A DNA stretch of 32,000 nucleotides from the NCBI RefSeq assembly GCF_000247565.1, contig NC_016893.1, positions 510,001-542,000 of the forward strand. Direction: 5' to 3'. Source of the DNA: Wigglesworthia glossinidia endosymbiont of Glossina morsitans morsitans (Yale colony) (GTDB lineage: Bacteria > Pseudomonadota > Gammaproteobacteria > Enterobacterales > Enterobacteriaceae). The stretch's first letter is position 1. Each line of letters starts with the position of its first letter. Shown here piece after piece: positions 31,850 through 32,000 of the stretch. The notes under the pieces were generated by a model. It saw nothing but the letters and a program-made list of their open reading frames with translations. It was not told the origin of the DNA and did not search any database. The translations under genes and the position numbers were made by a program.

Positions 31850-32000
31850 ATGAATTATATAAATGAAAAAATTATATTAATAGATGGTTCCATATATTTA
31901 TATCGTGCATATTATGGATTGCCTAATTTAAAAAATAAATTAGGACAACCAATAGGTGCTCTTTACGGAATGATTAGCATGATAAAAAAAATATTAAAAA
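31850..32000 (+). CDS. polA: DNA polymerase I, N-terminal 5'-3' exonuclease domain (partial, runs off the window end)
   Basis: MNYINEKIILIDGSIYLYRAYYGLPNLKNKLGQPIGALYGMISMIKKILK. Matches E. coli PolA [33 protein letters not shown]. Confidence 0.92.
   Translation, partial: MNYINEKIILIDGSIYLYRAYYGLPNLKNKLGQPIGALYGMISMIKKILK

Overview
This window looks like accessory-poor, strongly AT-biased chromosome from a genome-reduced enterobacterial insect endosymbiont. It is Buchnera-like: gene content, E. coli-collinear blocks with missing members, long eroded intergenic spacers. I see no mobile element, CRISPR array, tRNA or rRNA. Likely gene content: yadH(partial)-yadG, rpmE, a truncated ftsN, hslV-hslU, emrD, fpr, tpiA, corA, yigB, dapF, a divergent porin, a split amiC, recD-recB-recC, folK, asnS, rpsF-rpsR-rplI, a small Cys4 protein, groES-groEL behind a sigma32-type promoter, dsbA and the start of polA. 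Most interesting signals: (1) a full-length RecD in which every SF1 helicase motif I can recognise is replaced while the flanking scaffold still aligns, next to a RecB with intact helicase and nuclease motifs; (2) RecC with several non-conservative changes at positions linked to Chi recognition in E. coli; (3) a 101-aa FtsN reduced to cytoplasmic tail, TM helix and the 'LPPKP..RWxYIKELE' essential segment, without the SPOR domain; (4) amiC split between AMIN and amidase domains exactly at an A9/A10 homopolymer, a candidate for transcriptional-slippage rescue; (5) priA, priB, uvrD and xerC all missing from their canonical loci. Comparisons to E. coli proteins are from recalled sequences, not computed alignments.
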